Origin: a bacterium
GTDB lineage: Bacteria; UBA10199; 2-02-FULL-50-16; JAJFLM01
Reading direction: 5' to 3'
Length of the DNA stretch: 64,000 nt
Assembly (NCBI GenBank): GCA_965216315.1
Contig: CBDCFN010000016.1
Location: forward strand, 1,696,001-1,760,000
Of this stretch, positions 44,608 to 55,002 are shown one piece after another. The notes under the pieces were generated by a model. The model was not told the origin of the DNA. It saw only the letters and a list, made by a program, of their open reading frames with translations, and did not search any database. Both the position numbers and the translations under genes were made by a program. Position 1 is the first letter of the stretch. Every line of letters begins with the position of its first letter.

Positions 44608-45717
44608 TTAGGAACCTCCATCTCCATTAGAAGTACTGTCCGGCGGACTGACTAATTCGACGGAAAACGTTGAAGCCGTATTTCCGTCGAGATCGGTACA
44701 GCCGCTACAAAATTGATAAGAACTTGCATCAAAGCCCTGGCCGACATCAAAAATCATATAGCTCTCCCCGCCGGTCAACAGCATAAGCTGCTCATTTTTA
44801 ATGAATCCAGGGGTAGGAACAAACTCACCGGGCTCCGGGTTTTCCGGAACATCTTCCGGCTGCCAAAACTCAGGAAGTCCACTATTGGAGTACAAACTAA
44901 ACACCGACACATCCTGAGGATTGTCAAGGTCCGCCGGCTGGGCACCACCAATCGTATTCCGGCAATGCAGAATCAACTCGCCCAGGGCTAAGTCGTAGGC
45001 CCCAACACAGGAGTAAACCAGACCAATCGGAATCAAGGGGTTTTCAGCCGTATCAATGCCGCAAAAATTAAGCCCGGGGACGGGATAACCATACTCATTA
45101 AAGCCACTGTAGTTGGTTTCATAACCGAGATTACAGATGCTATCCCCATGTTCGCGTAACTGCATCACGGAATTAGCAATATTCGTCCAGGATAGATCCG
45201 GTGACGTTTGAAAATCGGCCGGACGATTGGTCCACTGCCCGATCCCTCTAAAATAGGCAACAGAGGCAGGATCCGCTGTCTGCACCATCGCCACAAGGTC
45301 TGGATCCAGGGCGCTGACGTCATCCGCAGAAATATTTTCACCCGTCCGTGTGACGGTTAAATAACTACTCGTATTCAACGAAGGGTTACCGTTAAAGACG
45401 TGCTCATTCGCAGTCAAACGGAGATGAATATGCGGTGGCAATTGAGGAACGCCATCTCCTTCTTCGGCGAGACAATCGGCCAGGTCTTCTCCTTCGAGCC
45501 CTTCGCAGGGGTCCTCATCGCTCGGATCAGGAACGATCGGATCTTGCGGCGGTCGTCCGCCACCATCCGGCCCGCCTAGCTCATCACCATCGCCACCGCA
45601 ACCACTCAACAGGGCTACTGTCGTGAGCGCAATCGGCGCAATCGTCAATCTTGCCATCGTTCCCATCGCATTCATGACCGGGGCAAGCGTCGTCGCTAGT
45701 GGTGCTAAGAATGACAT
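44608..45717 (-). CDS. Putative lipoprotein with extended N-terminal leader
   Basis: GGAGG RBS; LLSGC lipobox at residue 40; start overlaps the upstream stop (TAATG). Confidence 0.75.
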   Translation of the reverse strand: MSFLAPLATTLAPVMNAMGTMARLTIAPIALTTVALLSGCGGDGDELGGPDGGGRPPQDPIVPDPSDEDPCEGLEGEDLADCLAEEGDGVPQLPPHIHLRLTANEHVFNGNPSLNTSSYLTVTRTGENISADDVSALDPDLVAMVQTADPASVAYFRGIGQWTNRPADFQTSPDLSWTNIANSVMQLREHGDSICNLGYETNYSGFNEYGYPVPGLNFCGIDTAENPLIPIGLVYSCVGAYDLALGELILHCRNTIGGAQPADLDNPQDVSVFSLYSNSGLPEFWQPEDVPENPEPGEFVPTPGFIKNEQLMLLTGGESYMIFDVGQGFDASSYQFCSGCTDLDGNTASTFSVELVSPPDSTSNGDGGS

Positions 45718-48700
45718 TAGTTAAACCTCCAGCTTCTATAAATATTGGGAATCTCGCGTGCTTCATTCATCGTCGCGTCATCGAGTGATTCTTCCATCTC
45801 CATGGGATCGATGGCTTCTGGATCCATTTCGGGAGCTTCATCAGCACCATCAGAACCATCTGCACCATCGGAACCGTCCGTGTCAGGATCCGGATCTTCT
45901 GGATCATCCGAGGGGTCTATATCTTCTGGATCAACAGTTGTATCATTCATATCCATCGACATGCTTTCTGTCCCCTCGGAATCACAAGAATTAAGAACGG
46001 GATCAAAACCAATGCCTAAGTAACGTGGTTCTCCCGACGTGATGCGAATCACGGGATCATCCAAACCAAGCGAACGGAAACCAAAGCCTTGCAATAAATC
46101 TTCCAGGCTATCTTCTTCGGCCGTTCCATCACACACAGCGTCTTTAGGCAGTACGGTATCAATTTCCAAGGCAAATTCATTGCCACCACCGAAATTGAAG
46201 AGATTGAGCGTCGTCCCGTTCAGGTTGGCGTTCATATTAATGGCCAGATCCGCATCCGAATAAGGGGTATTGTTTTCTTTGACCGAGATTTTAAAGAATG
46301 AGGCTTCCGGATCCGGAACAAGGGACACTTGGCCGTTCGGCTTATGCAGTTCTTTAGGCTTCAGTCCGGCCGTGATTTTAAGTTTTCCATCGGACGTATC
46401 CGTCTCATACTGGGCCCAAGCAGTAACCGACGCATCCAGACGGAAACTCAGGATAGGAACATCTTTATCCTCGGTACAATTTGGATGAGCCTGCGGTTGT
46501 CTATCACACCAACTAATCAGATTAACGGTCTCTCCCCCTTCAACTTGGCGACGCAGGTTTGTTTCCGGGTCAACGCGTTTGCCATCCTCATCGGTCAGAA
46601 CCTCATCTTCGAACACCTGCAGTTCGGCGTCGGAAAGAGCCACTTTAAGAGCCAGAGAAATAGCTTGAGGTCGGCCATTAACATCTTCTATCGCCGAACT
46701 GCTCAAAAATTGGACCATCGGCGGCAAATTAGGATTCAACTTGAGGCGGAAACGCAACGGTGTACTCAGTTCTTCCTGAGTCACACTGCCATCGCCGTTC
46801 AAGTCAAATTCACCGATAATTTGATCTACCTGAAGGCGCAGCGGAAAACATTCCTTCGGCTGCTTTTCTACCGGCACGGCCACCAATAAGCCGTCATCAT
46901 CTTTCTTAAAACACTGTTGCGGGGCAACCGTCGCACCGATACCAAAGCGATCCACGACACCAAAGTCATTGGTATCGATAAAGTCTGGTTCCCTATCCAA
47001 GAGCTCGTTCAACATGGTTGCAATACCATGCAGGGCCATGTTCGCCATCTCTTCTTTGAGGGTCAGATTGACGTTCTTACGAAGGCGGCGCGCCGCACTG
47101 ATCGGATCGACTTTGCCGGATTCTGCATCGGCTAAATAACCATTATCGGAATTTTTAATCGATGCCGGCAAATTGTTCATGAAGTCAACCGAATCACGCT
47201 CACTATCGGGAGTCGGATCGCCTTCCTCAAACGCACCCGAAGGCAGCACTAAACTACCACCTTTGAAAGAAATGCCACGCGGACTAAGGATGAGATCCGC
47301 CTTCAAGAGATCTGAGAATATCTCCGTCGTAAACTCTTTACCAAAGAGAGGTACCGTAAGAGGCATGAGTGGATCGTTCGCGAACTTGCCGAGCTCTTTC
47401 GTTAAAATCTTTGGCGTCAAACAAGAAACCTGGCTTTTGATCGTCTCTACGAGCTGCGTCGAAACGTTGGCGCTTGTCGGCGTCGGCTCCAAACTGGAAC
47501 CATTGATCTGCTGATTGAGAGATTCCATCGCCTTACAGGCCGGTTGATCGATCCAAACTTCAGCCGTTTCACTGCTCTCATCGTAACAGCCGTCACCATC
47601 CAGAGTTGTACTCCATGGCCGATCACAACGAAATTTGACTAACCGTCCGCCCGGTCCCCAAGCATCAATCAAGTCGTGACCCGGAATCGGATTAACCGCT
47701 GTTACAGTAAGCCCGCTCTCGTCCTTGGAAAGTTGGATCTCCAGATTAACGGTCAACCAATTGACTTGCAATTCAACCGGAAGAACACCCAAACCAAGGT
47801 CCTGATCTTTGTCAAAGCAGGCACCCTGGAGCTTGTTGTCAACAAGATCTAAGCCGGCACAGTCCGTCTCATTACATTTGATCGTAAAAATTTCCGTGAA
47901 ACCGCTAAGCCCCGCGATTTCTAAACGCACCCAGGCGCGATTCTTATTCAAGAAATGAAGGGAACTGATATCAAGAGCCCCAATCGTCGGATCAATAATA
48001 TTGAAGGTCCGAAAAAGGTTGGGTTGCGGTCCGACCCAATCGCATTGATCAACCGCTTCTTGAGTCGGCGCTTGCGGCTTAAAAAGAGCTAAGAAAATAT
48101 CTTTTTTAAACTTGTCCGTGTTCATCGCCGTTTCGATGTCGTCTATCAAGGCGCCCTGACCGCTTTCCGTCACCTCAAGATAAGAGGCCGGAATGTGTCC
48201 AGCCAATGCCGCATCAACTTCCGTCCTAATTAAATTTCCTTCATCATCGAAGCGGCTTCGCATCTCACCATAACCAAAGCTCACGGACTTTTGCGTATCA
48301 CGGCCTTCATCCGCCGCTTTCACCGTCACGGCTTTGAGTGGGAAACTAAGTCCGCCCTCCTTCAACTTGAATACATATTTTTTATCTTCGGCTGCCGTCG
48401 GACACATTTCATAGAATTCATCGAGCTGCTTATCCGGGTTGCCGCGCTCAAAGATCGGCAAGGTCTCATTATCTTCCTGGATACAGGCTCGATCCATCGT
48501 TACCGGAACGACTTCAAGCGCTGTCGTGCAAATAATTGATGTGGGACTTGGGCACGGAGAAATATTTATCTGGTTGAGAAATGTCTCGCAATCCTCGACA
48601 CCAAGGTTGTCGCAGATTTCTTGGCAGGTAAAATCCTGACCCTCTTCTCCCTCGGCCGCGGCAATGTCACATATACCGTCGTTGTCGTTATCCGGATCGT

Positions 48701-50003
48701 CAATATCGAGGAGTCCATCCTTGTCAAAATCATTGCAAAGGCGTCGGGCATCAAGGTCACAACCCGCTTCCACTGAAGGAATAAAGGTCGGTGCTTCTTC
48801 CGGACAGGCCCCTACACCAGCCACGACCACCATATCGGTTATTTCATCGGCGCGGACAGGCCAACCATCAAGTTTCTCGATATAGTGACCCTCCTGATCA
48901 AAGAATTGGAGACATAACTCTGGGGCGGCTACTTGGTTGTCCAGCGGAGCGACTTCAATGACCTGACCATCACCGGGATTATACCCTGTCACCGTATTTT
49001 GAACGCGGATGGAAATGTCATTGCTGCCGTTACCTAGAGGAATACCTGTAATCAAAAAGCCATTCGTATTCCCCGCCGCGCAGAGCGCGTTACGTCCGCA
49101 AAAAATTTCAACCGTGGGACAGGCTAATTCGGCAATTTTGGCGTCCGTACAATCTTCTTCAGCCACCTCAGCCGCAGTACAACAAACAGAGTCTGATTCA
49201 GCCTGCGCGTTATCCACATCCTCAACGGTCGGACAGGGTCGACTCAAGGTCCAGTGCTTGCCCGTTTCCTCTTCCGTTGCTTCATCGATTTCATTAGTTA
49301 CGGTCACAACAACCTTGGCACCCGATGCATCTCCCTCTGGATTAGCCAGACAGATGTCGAGCGTTTTAGAAGCAATCGGGTCAGAACTCAGAGTGTATTC
49401 ACCGGTTCCAGCATCTTGCGTAATGCCTGGCGTCAGATCTTCGTCGGCCTGATTGAGTTCGGCCATGGTAATTTTCAGATCAGGGGCAGAAACTTTAACA
49501 AACTGGCGATTGATAACAACGATGTTCGGAAGACCCATGTTGGCAATGAAGAGAGCATTTGTACTCGCAACATAGAGGCCCGGATCGGAAGACGGGAGAG
49601 TGACGTTCGCTTCAAAATCACCGCCGGTCAGCGAATTAGGATCGATAACGACTCGCGGCGGCACATCGACAGGATTATCGACAGAATTAACTTCTACGAA
49701 AAAATTGGCTAGGTTTGGAACCTGGGTCGCCAACCCACTAACACAAATACTCGTCCCGAGGACCTCCGGCGGGGTGCCCGCATTAGGCGGCGCTGGCTCG
49801 GCCACACAAAGCATTCCCGAATCTCCGCCTTCGAAATTCTCAGGGTGAGCGATCTCATCACAAAAATCACTGACCGGATTGGTAGGCGGAGTGCAGACGG
49901 CATAGGCCGCTCCGCACACCGCTAATGACACCCCATTAAGGAGTAAGCCTAGAACCAAAAAACGTCGTAATTTCAACAACATTAGCGTAAGAATCTCCCT
50001 CAT
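45717..50003 (-). CDS. Large secreted Cys-rich protein with Ca-binding-like motifs
   Basis: Signal peptide …AAYA|V; DFDKDG…DNDNDG and DLNGDGSVTQEEL motifs; acidic tail. Confidence 0.8.
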   Translation of the reverse strand: MREILTLMLLKLRRFLVLGLLLNGVSLAVCGAAYAVCTPPTNPVSDFCDEIAHPENFEGGDSGMLCVAEPAPPNAGTPPEVLGTSICVSGLATQVPNLANFFVEVNSVDNPVDVPPRVVIDPNSLTGGDFEANVTLPSSDPGLYVASTNALFIANMGLPNIVVINRQFVKVSAPDLKITMAELNQADEDLTPGITQDAGTGEYTLSSDPIASKTLDICLANPEGDASGAKVVVTVTNEIDEATEEETGKHWTLSRPCPTVEDVDNAQAESDSVCCTAAEVAEEDCTDAKIAELACPTVEIFCGRNALCAAGNTNGFLITGIPLGNGSNDISIRVQNTVTGYNPGDGQVIEVAPLDNQVAAPELCLQFFDQEGHYIEKLDGWPVRADEITDMVVVAGVGACPEEAPTFIPSVEAGCDLDARRLCNDFDKDGLLDIDDPDNDNDGICDIAAAEGEEGQDFTCQEICDNLGVEDCETFLNQINISPCPSPTSIICTTALEVVPVTMDRACIQEDNETLPIFERGNPDKQLDEFYEMCPTAAEDKKYVFKLKEGGLSFPLKAVTVKAADEGRDTQKSVSFGYGEMRSRFDDEGNLIRTEVDAALAGHIPASYLEVTESGQGALIDDIETAMNTDKFKKDIFLALFKPQAPTQEAVDQCDWVGPQPNLFRTFNIIDPTIGALDISSLHFLNKNRAWVRLEIAGLSGFTEIFTIKCNETDCAGLDLVDNKLQGACFDKDQDLGLGVLPVELQVNWLTVNLEIQLSKDESGLTVTAVNPIPGHDLIDAWGPGGRLVKFRCDRPWSTTLDGDGCYDESSETAEVWIDQPACKAMESLNQQINGSSLEPTPTSANVSTQLVETIKSQVSCLTPKILTKELGKFANDPLMPLTVPLFGKEFTTEIFSDLLKADLILSPRGISFKGGSLVLPSGAFEEGDPTPDSERDSVDFMNNLPASIKNSDNGYLADAESGKVDPISAARRLRKNVNLTLKEEMANMALHGIATMLNELLDREPDFIDTNDFGVVDRFGIGATVAPQQCFKKDDDGLLVAVPVEKQPKECFPLRLQVDQIIGEFDLNGDGSVTQEELSTPLRFRLKLNPNLPPMVQFLSSSAIEDVNGRPQAISLALKVALSDAELQVFEDEVLTDEDGKRVDPETNLRRQVEGGETVNLISWCDRQPQAHPNCTEDKDVPILSFRLDASVTAWAQYETDTSDGKLKITAGLKPKELHKPNGQVSLVPDPEASFFKISVKENNTPYSDADLAINMNANLNGTTLNLFNFGGGNEFALEIDTVLPKDAVCDGTAEEDSLEDLLQGFGFRSLGLDDPVIRITSGEPRYLGIGFDPVLNSCDSEGTESMSMDMNDTTVDPEDIDPSDDPEDPDPDTDGSDGADGSDGADEAPEMDPEAIDPMEMEESLDDATMNEAREIPNIYRSWRFN

Positions 50004-50008
50004 GGCGA

Positions 50009-50035
50009 GTATCGGTTTCTACGGTCAAAAGTTGT
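50009..50035 (-). promoter_or_regulatory. Candidate sigma28-like promoter ACAAC-N15-CCGATAC
   Basis: Recurring motif; ATG lies 5 nt downstream. Confidence 0.6.
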
Positions 50036-50088
50036 CAGGTTTTCAGGGGTAAAAATGGTGAATTTTCGCAAGAAGCTCGGCTAAGCCG

Positions 50089-53000
50089 CTAATTGATATT
50101 ACAAGAACCGGCGCCACCTTGCGGAACACAGGCCTTGATGATCACGTACATATCGCGAGGCGCCGCCAACTGCGGAGAATTATGCTTCAGGCGGAAAGCC
50201 CCCGCCAGGTCAAAGGTCAGACCCGATGGGACCGAGTTACTGTCCAAATGGGTCGTTGTATTCGTATCTGGTACGGAATCAACTGCCGGTATTCCCATGC
50301 GGCGACCGCGCATCACATTCGCCCCAGCAGCGCAATCCGGCATGGTATCCATATGTTGCTTCAACGGATTGTCCCCAAAAATCGTATTCTTGTTGCTTCC
50401 ACCGGCATCCAACTCCGTGGCGCCGAAGACCTGAGTGGTTAAGAGAGCCGCCGGTATCGCCGCGCTGAGACCCGGTTCAGCAACCAGTACATTACCCTCT
50501 GCATCCGCTAGACATTCCGTACTCAACGTTCCTACCATCGCCGAATCAACTCGATCGGTCAGATCTGTCTTAGGATGCATGAAAAGTCGAATCGCCACGT
50601 TATTGGTAAACTGAATCTTACCGCCGGCCGGATCGTAAACACCCAAGGCTTCCTCAAAATCCGCGTCAGAGGAAAAGTCGACCGATTCCGGATTCTTCGC
50701 AATAATACTGAGCGCATCCGAAGATGAATAGTTCGTATAAATGGAGGGTGCCGGCGCAGAAGACTCAAAGCTGGTTTGGTCTTTTGCAATGTAAAGATAG
50801 AATTCCGAACAACCAGCCCCTGGACTACTCTGACAATCATCCCGGAACAACCACTGACCGCCACTGCCTGGACCGGACGCGGTCGGATTGAAGAGACGCA
50901 TCTGCCCCGTGCCACCGGTAAATGCGGGCGGCAACGGTGTGAATACAGGGTCCAGCGTGATAATTCCATTCGCCGCGTCAAAGGTAACCGGCAGTTTAAA
51001 GGTATCAAACCCACTCAGGCTGGCGCGATCACGTTGGCCTGGTGTCACGGTCGAAGTCATTTTGGTCCCATCAGGAAGGGCCGTATTGATACCTCCAACC
51101 ATCCTCAAGACGTGAAGGTTGGCTCCTCCATTCGGCGCCCCGCTCACCCCTTGCAGGCTGCCGTTGAGAACCAAGGGCTCATTCGCAGCACTCTCACAGG
51201 TTCCGCCTTGATTGATCGCGTCACCCGTTACATCCAAAGTCGCACTATGAAGTGTCCGTGAAGTCGCGCCGCCATCCGTAATATAAGCAATGTCACCAAT
51301 TTTAAGTGCTTCGCCAGGATTCAAGATGAGACAACCACTATCAAAGAGCGTCGGTTCTGGAATCGTTGCATTCCACTGAGCCGCATCAACACCCCCAGCG
51401 AAAGTTATATTGCCGTTGGTTACGCGTAAAGCATCCGCCAGGAGCGCGGCATTTCCATTGACAAGATAAACACCGCGGGTGGACGTATCACTTCTGAAGG
51501 CCGTATAGCCTTCGACGGGATCGACTCTGACCGCAGCCTTCGTATTTCCTTCGACACAAATAACATTGGAAGGAAGAATCCCGCTGCAATCAATCAAATG
51601 CGGATTATCCGTAATTCCAGCGTCTAATAGGACCGGATCTTCGATATAAACTTCCAGTCGCGCTGCGAGATCCAAGGTCATCGCGCCGCTCAAACTCAAT
51701 AAGCGATTACCGGCATCGGTCTGAATCAATACACTCGCAGCATCCTGGCGGCAGGGTTTGCCCTCACAGTCATCGGGCTCCGTGGGCAGATTACCGCTGG
51801 GCCAGTAGACTTCATAGAAATAAAGCTTATCGCTGCCATCCGTCGATACCGTTGCCGGCATGGGGCTGAAACTAAACAGCGCATCTTCGAGAGATTCACC
51901 CTGAAGGGTGGCCCCTTTCATGAAATTAAAGGTCAGATCATTTGATTGAACGGAGGTCACCGTCAGGTCACGAACACCACTATTACTGATCTCGTAGGCC
52001 TTGATCACCGGTGTCCCGACCGGGGTCGTTCCATAAGCGACTTCACCATCGCCGGGAATCAGTTCCGGCATCACAGGAAGATTATACGTCTCGCCCTGGA
52101 TCGCACCAACCTCCGTAACCTTAACATCCGCTGCGGGTGGCCGTGCCGTCCCGGTTACGGTAATTGTTAAGGAGCCGCCCTCAAATATATCAATCTCGGC
52201 GGTACAATCCCATTTGGTCGGATCAATGTCATTGTCGACGCATCCACTTGGCTTCGGATCCGTCGGTGCAAAGCGCACCTGAATGTTTTTTGATTCACCG
52301 GAGTTTAATGAGGTCCCATTCAAAAGACCCGCCGCCGCAATTTCAAAGGCCGTATTGTCAGAACTTATATCAAAGACCGGCGCCGCATCAGAAGGCGTCC
52401 CGTCATTTGTAATCGTCAAAGAAATAATCGTCTCGAAACGGGCCAGAACATTGATATCCGTAATCCCGGCATCGACTTCTTCTTTATAAAAAGGCTCATC
52501 GGCCAGATCCACCTCGGCCGTAAAGACATTGGCATCACCCTCAGTGAGCGGAAGGTCCTCCCCATCGAGATCCACACTAATATTAAGATCACCCGAACCA
52601 CCGCCATTATTGCCACCGCTGCTGCCTGTCTTCGCACAGGCCGTTGCTAGGTCGACAAAGGGGGTTCCATCGGCATTCTCAACCGGTCCCTCAATTTCAG
52701 CACCCAAGGCCGCTCCCTGTAATCCGGCCAGGCAGGTCTCGGTTGGAATTGATAAGCCCGTCACCAGGCGCAACCAAGGTTGATTCGGGTTACTCCCGGG
52801 ATTGGTTCCGCACGCCGGAGAGTCCACATCACCATCCGGATCCATTGTGCAATCACACTCACTCGCAGGCGCTATCGGGCAACCGGTAAAAGTAATCGTT
52901 CCTGATGAATCCGCAATGCTGGCATGCGGTTGGGCATCCGAATTCGTTCCCGTCGTAAATGTCAGCGGTAACCCCTCAAGCGGAGGCAACACGGATACGC

Positions 53001-54171
53001 CCTGCAAACCGGTCGTCGAACAGGTCACGCCGGACATCTTAATCAATGGGTCTTCAAGGTTAAATCCGGGATCGGTAAAATCACTGACATAGGCATCGAA
53101 GATCGCCGGCGGAGGTGCCGTATGATCCGTAAAAGGAAACTTGATCAGATTGATCGCGCGAAAATGTAACGGCAAAGCAGTTACGGAAACACGGCCCGAT
53201 TCATCGACAGAGTAATCCCCCTGTCCCACAATTTCAGGTATTTGAATCCCCGGCGCAATGAGCTCACCGTGACCGGCGTCAACCGCGAGATTGGCCTGCA
53301 GGTCTTCACTCGTATTATAAATCAGATAGTCCGGAAACTCAGAAGCCTTGATAAAAATCTTTCCGCCAGCATTGGGATCAGACGCATTATCGGGAACAAA
53401 ATAGAGATTGATGGGATCCTGGTCACGCGTCGCAAAGGGAATCAGCGGCACATTGGTTCGGGCCAGACAATCCGTTTTAGAATCTCCGGAAAACTTGTTG
53501 CATTCAGTAATAAGCGCCGGGTCGTCCTCCGGACCACTGTTCTTCACGCACCCAAACTCAGTGACCTCGTTATCAGTACTACAGGCGTTAGGCAAATCTT
53601 GCGCGGGAAACTGGGCATCGATATAAAGTTTGAGCCCGACATTGTCAGGTGACTTCAGTCCCGCCTGCCACACGACCTTACAGGTATCCGTCGGAATATT
53701 GACGCACTCACACTTGACTAGGTCTATGGTCTGACTTGCGGTACATGTTGGAGGGGTCGGGCACGAATTAACGACACAGGAATTACTCGAGGTATTACAG
53801 GTTTCACCGTCCGCACAATCCTCGTTAACACGACATCCGACCTGACAAACATCACTCTCACAAATCTGATTGTCGCCGTTACTATCATCGGGGCAATCAG
53901 AATCGCTACTACAGTCGGGAGCAGGTGTACTGACATTACAACTCCCGTCCGACTTATTACACTCCTGCCCCGTCGGACAGGTCACGTTGGCACATAGATC
54001 CGTACCGCTACCGCTCCCGCCATCACCTGAATCATCGTCGACGCCGGGGAAGGTAAACGGTGCATCGGAGTTGGGCTCGCTAAACAAGCCGCAGCCGGCC
54101 GTCGTAAAAACGAGCGCAAGTGTGACTAGGAGTGGCAGGAATCGAATCTTATGTGACCTGATTAATCGCAA
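50089..54171 (-). CDS. Large Cys-rich lipoprotein with Ig-like (ASH/choice-of-anchor-D-like) domains
   Basis: Proposed TTG start after GAGG gives MRLIRSHKIRFLPLLVTLALVFTTAGC lipoprotein signal; Cys-rich repeats; ITNDG…VRFAP and ISNSG…DLTV modules. Confidence 0.8.
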   Translation of the reverse strand: MRLIRSHKIRFLPLLVTLALVFTTAGCGLFSEPNSDAPFTFPGVDDDSGDGGSGSGTDLCANVTCPTGQECNKSDGSCNVSTPAPDCSSDSDCPDDSNGDNQICESDVCQVGCRVNEDCADGETCNTSSNSCVVNSCPTPPTCTASQTIDLVKCECVNIPTDTCKVVWQAGLKSPDNVGLKLYIDAQFPAQDLPNACSTDNEVTEFGCVKNSGPEDDPALITECNKFSGDSKTDCLARTNVPLIPFATRDQDPINLYFVPDNASDPNAGGKIFIKASEFPDYLIYNTSEDLQANLAVDAGHGELIAPGIQIPEIVGQGDYSVDESGRVSVTALPLHFRAINLIKFPFTDHTAPPPAIFDAYVSDFTDPGFNLEDPLIKMSGVTCSTTGLQGVSVLPPLEGLPLTFTTGTNSDAQPHASIADSSGTITFTGCPIAPASECDCTMDPDGDVDSPACGTNPGSNPNQPWLRLVTGLSIPTETCLAGLQGAALGAEIEGPVENADGTPFVDLATACAKTGSSGGNNGGGSGDLNISVDLDGEDLPLTEGDANVFTAEVDLADEPFYKEEVDAGITDINVLARFETIISLTITNDGTPSDAAPVFDISSDNTAFEIAAAGLLNGTSLNSGESKNIQVRFAPTDPKPSGCVDNDIDPTKWDCTAEIDIFEGGSLTITVTGTARPPAADVKVTEVGAIQGETYNLPVMPELIPGDGEVAYGTTPVGTPVIKAYEISNSGVRDLTVTSVQSNDLTFNFMKGATLQGESLEDALFSFSPMPATVSTDGSDKLYFYEVYWPSGNLPTEPDDCEGKPCRQDAASVLIQTDAGNRLLSLSGAMTLDLAARLEVYIEDPVLLDAGITDNPHLIDCSGILPSNVICVEGNTKAAVRVDPVEGYTAFRSDTSTRGVYLVNGNAALLADALRVTNGNITFAGGVDAAQWNATIPEPTLFDSGCLILNPGEALKIGDIAYITDGGATSRTLHSATLDVTGDAINQGGTCESAANEPLVLNGSLQGVSGAPNGGANLHVLRMVGGINTALPDGTKMTSTVTPGQRDRASLSGFDTFKLPVTFDAANGIITLDPVFTPLPPAFTGGTGQMRLFNPTASGPGSGGQWLFRDDCQSSPGAGCSEFYLYIAKDQTSFESSAPAPSIYTNYSSSDALSIIAKNPESVDFSSDADFEEALGVYDPAGGKIQFTNNVAIRLFMHPKTDLTDRVDSAMVGTLSTECLADAEGNVLVAEPGLSAAIPAALLTTQVFGATELDAGGSNKNTIFGDNPLKQHMDTMPDCAAGANVMRGRRMGIPAVDSVPDTNTTTHLDSNSVPSGLTFDLAGAFRLKHNSPQLAAPRDMYVIIKACVPQGGAGSCNIN

Positions 54172-54209
54172 CAGCAACCTCGCTTTGAGGGCTCTAAGCC
54201 CTGCCGCAT

Positions 54210-54236
54210 CTATCGTCAATTGATTTCGATTGTTGC
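54210..54236 (-). promoter_or_regulatory. Candidate sigma28-like promoter GCAAC-N15-ACGATAG
   Basis: Recurring motif about 40 nt upstream of the proposed start at 54171. Confidence 0.5.
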
Positions 54237-54337
54237 TAACGCGAGGCGTCAATTCAAACAAAATAAAATGAACATTTTCAAAAACTTGCGAAAACTCTGC
54301 TTGCCTCCTGGCCGGTGTATTTGACATCTTGAGAAGC

Positions 54338-54796
54338 ATGACAGTCGAGCATTCCGGACCCCACAAAAAGCCCAAGATCAGCCTCGTCGAGGTGATGGTT
54401 GCCGTCGCCATTATCGGAACGGCAGCCTCGCTCGCCGTTCCCCGCTACATGAAAGATATGAAAGCCGAACGGCAAGCGGAATGCCCCCGCGAACTCAATA
54501 AAATAGTCGCGGCTCAACAGGCTTTTTTTCAAGCCCATCAGCGCTATAGCGCTAATTTAGCTGACCTTGACTGGAAGCCCCCGGCTAAAGCCGTTTATCT
54601 CTATGGCTTTCACAATGGATCGGTGTCCAAGACAGATAATCCGGAGCTCAGCGCCGACAAACTGCCGAAAACAACGCTTTCGCCACAACATTTCATCATC
54701 GGCTGTATCGGCAATCTCGATACCGATCCGGAACTAGATATTTTTACCATCGATGAGCAAGCAAAGCTCGTCCACCTCCACAACGACCGGCAATAA
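54338..54796 (+). CDS. Type IV pilin-like protein with atypical cleavage site
   Basis: ISLVEVMVAVAIIGTAASLAVPRY helix with E+5; C-terminal GNLDTDPELDIFTI. Confidence 0.8.
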   Translation: MTVEHSGPHKKPKISLVEVMVAVAIIGTAASLAVPRYMKDMKAERQAECPRELNKIVAAQQAFFQAHQRYSANLADLDWKPPAKAVYLYGFHNGSVSKTDNPELSADKLPKTTLSPQHFIIGCIGNLDTDPELDIFTIDEQAKLVHLHNDRQ

Positions 54797-54958
54797 CTCA
54801 TTGCTTCTAAGCACTTTTTTGGCTGCCAATATGATGACGTTTTGCGGCAAAATGGGTGATTTTTGACCCCAAATCAGCCATCTCAGGGCCTTGCTGCCGC
54901 AGCACCCAGAGCTCTGTAAATGATATCAGAGACTTACAACCAGCATTCCTAGGCCATT

Positions 54959-54975
54959 TTGGCATGAGATTTGCT
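54959..54975 (+). promoter_or_regulatory. sigma54 (-24/-12) promoter
   Basis: TTGGCATGAGATTTGCT. Confidence 0.75.
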
Positions 54976-55002
54976 TTTTATAAGCAGGGAAGGAACGTTG
55001 GC

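Noticed and set aside
54172..54411. 80-aa N-terminal extension of the 1440-aa ORF
   Set aside because: Overlaps the divergent pilin gene and the promoter motif; TTG 54171 gives a normal lipoprotein signal
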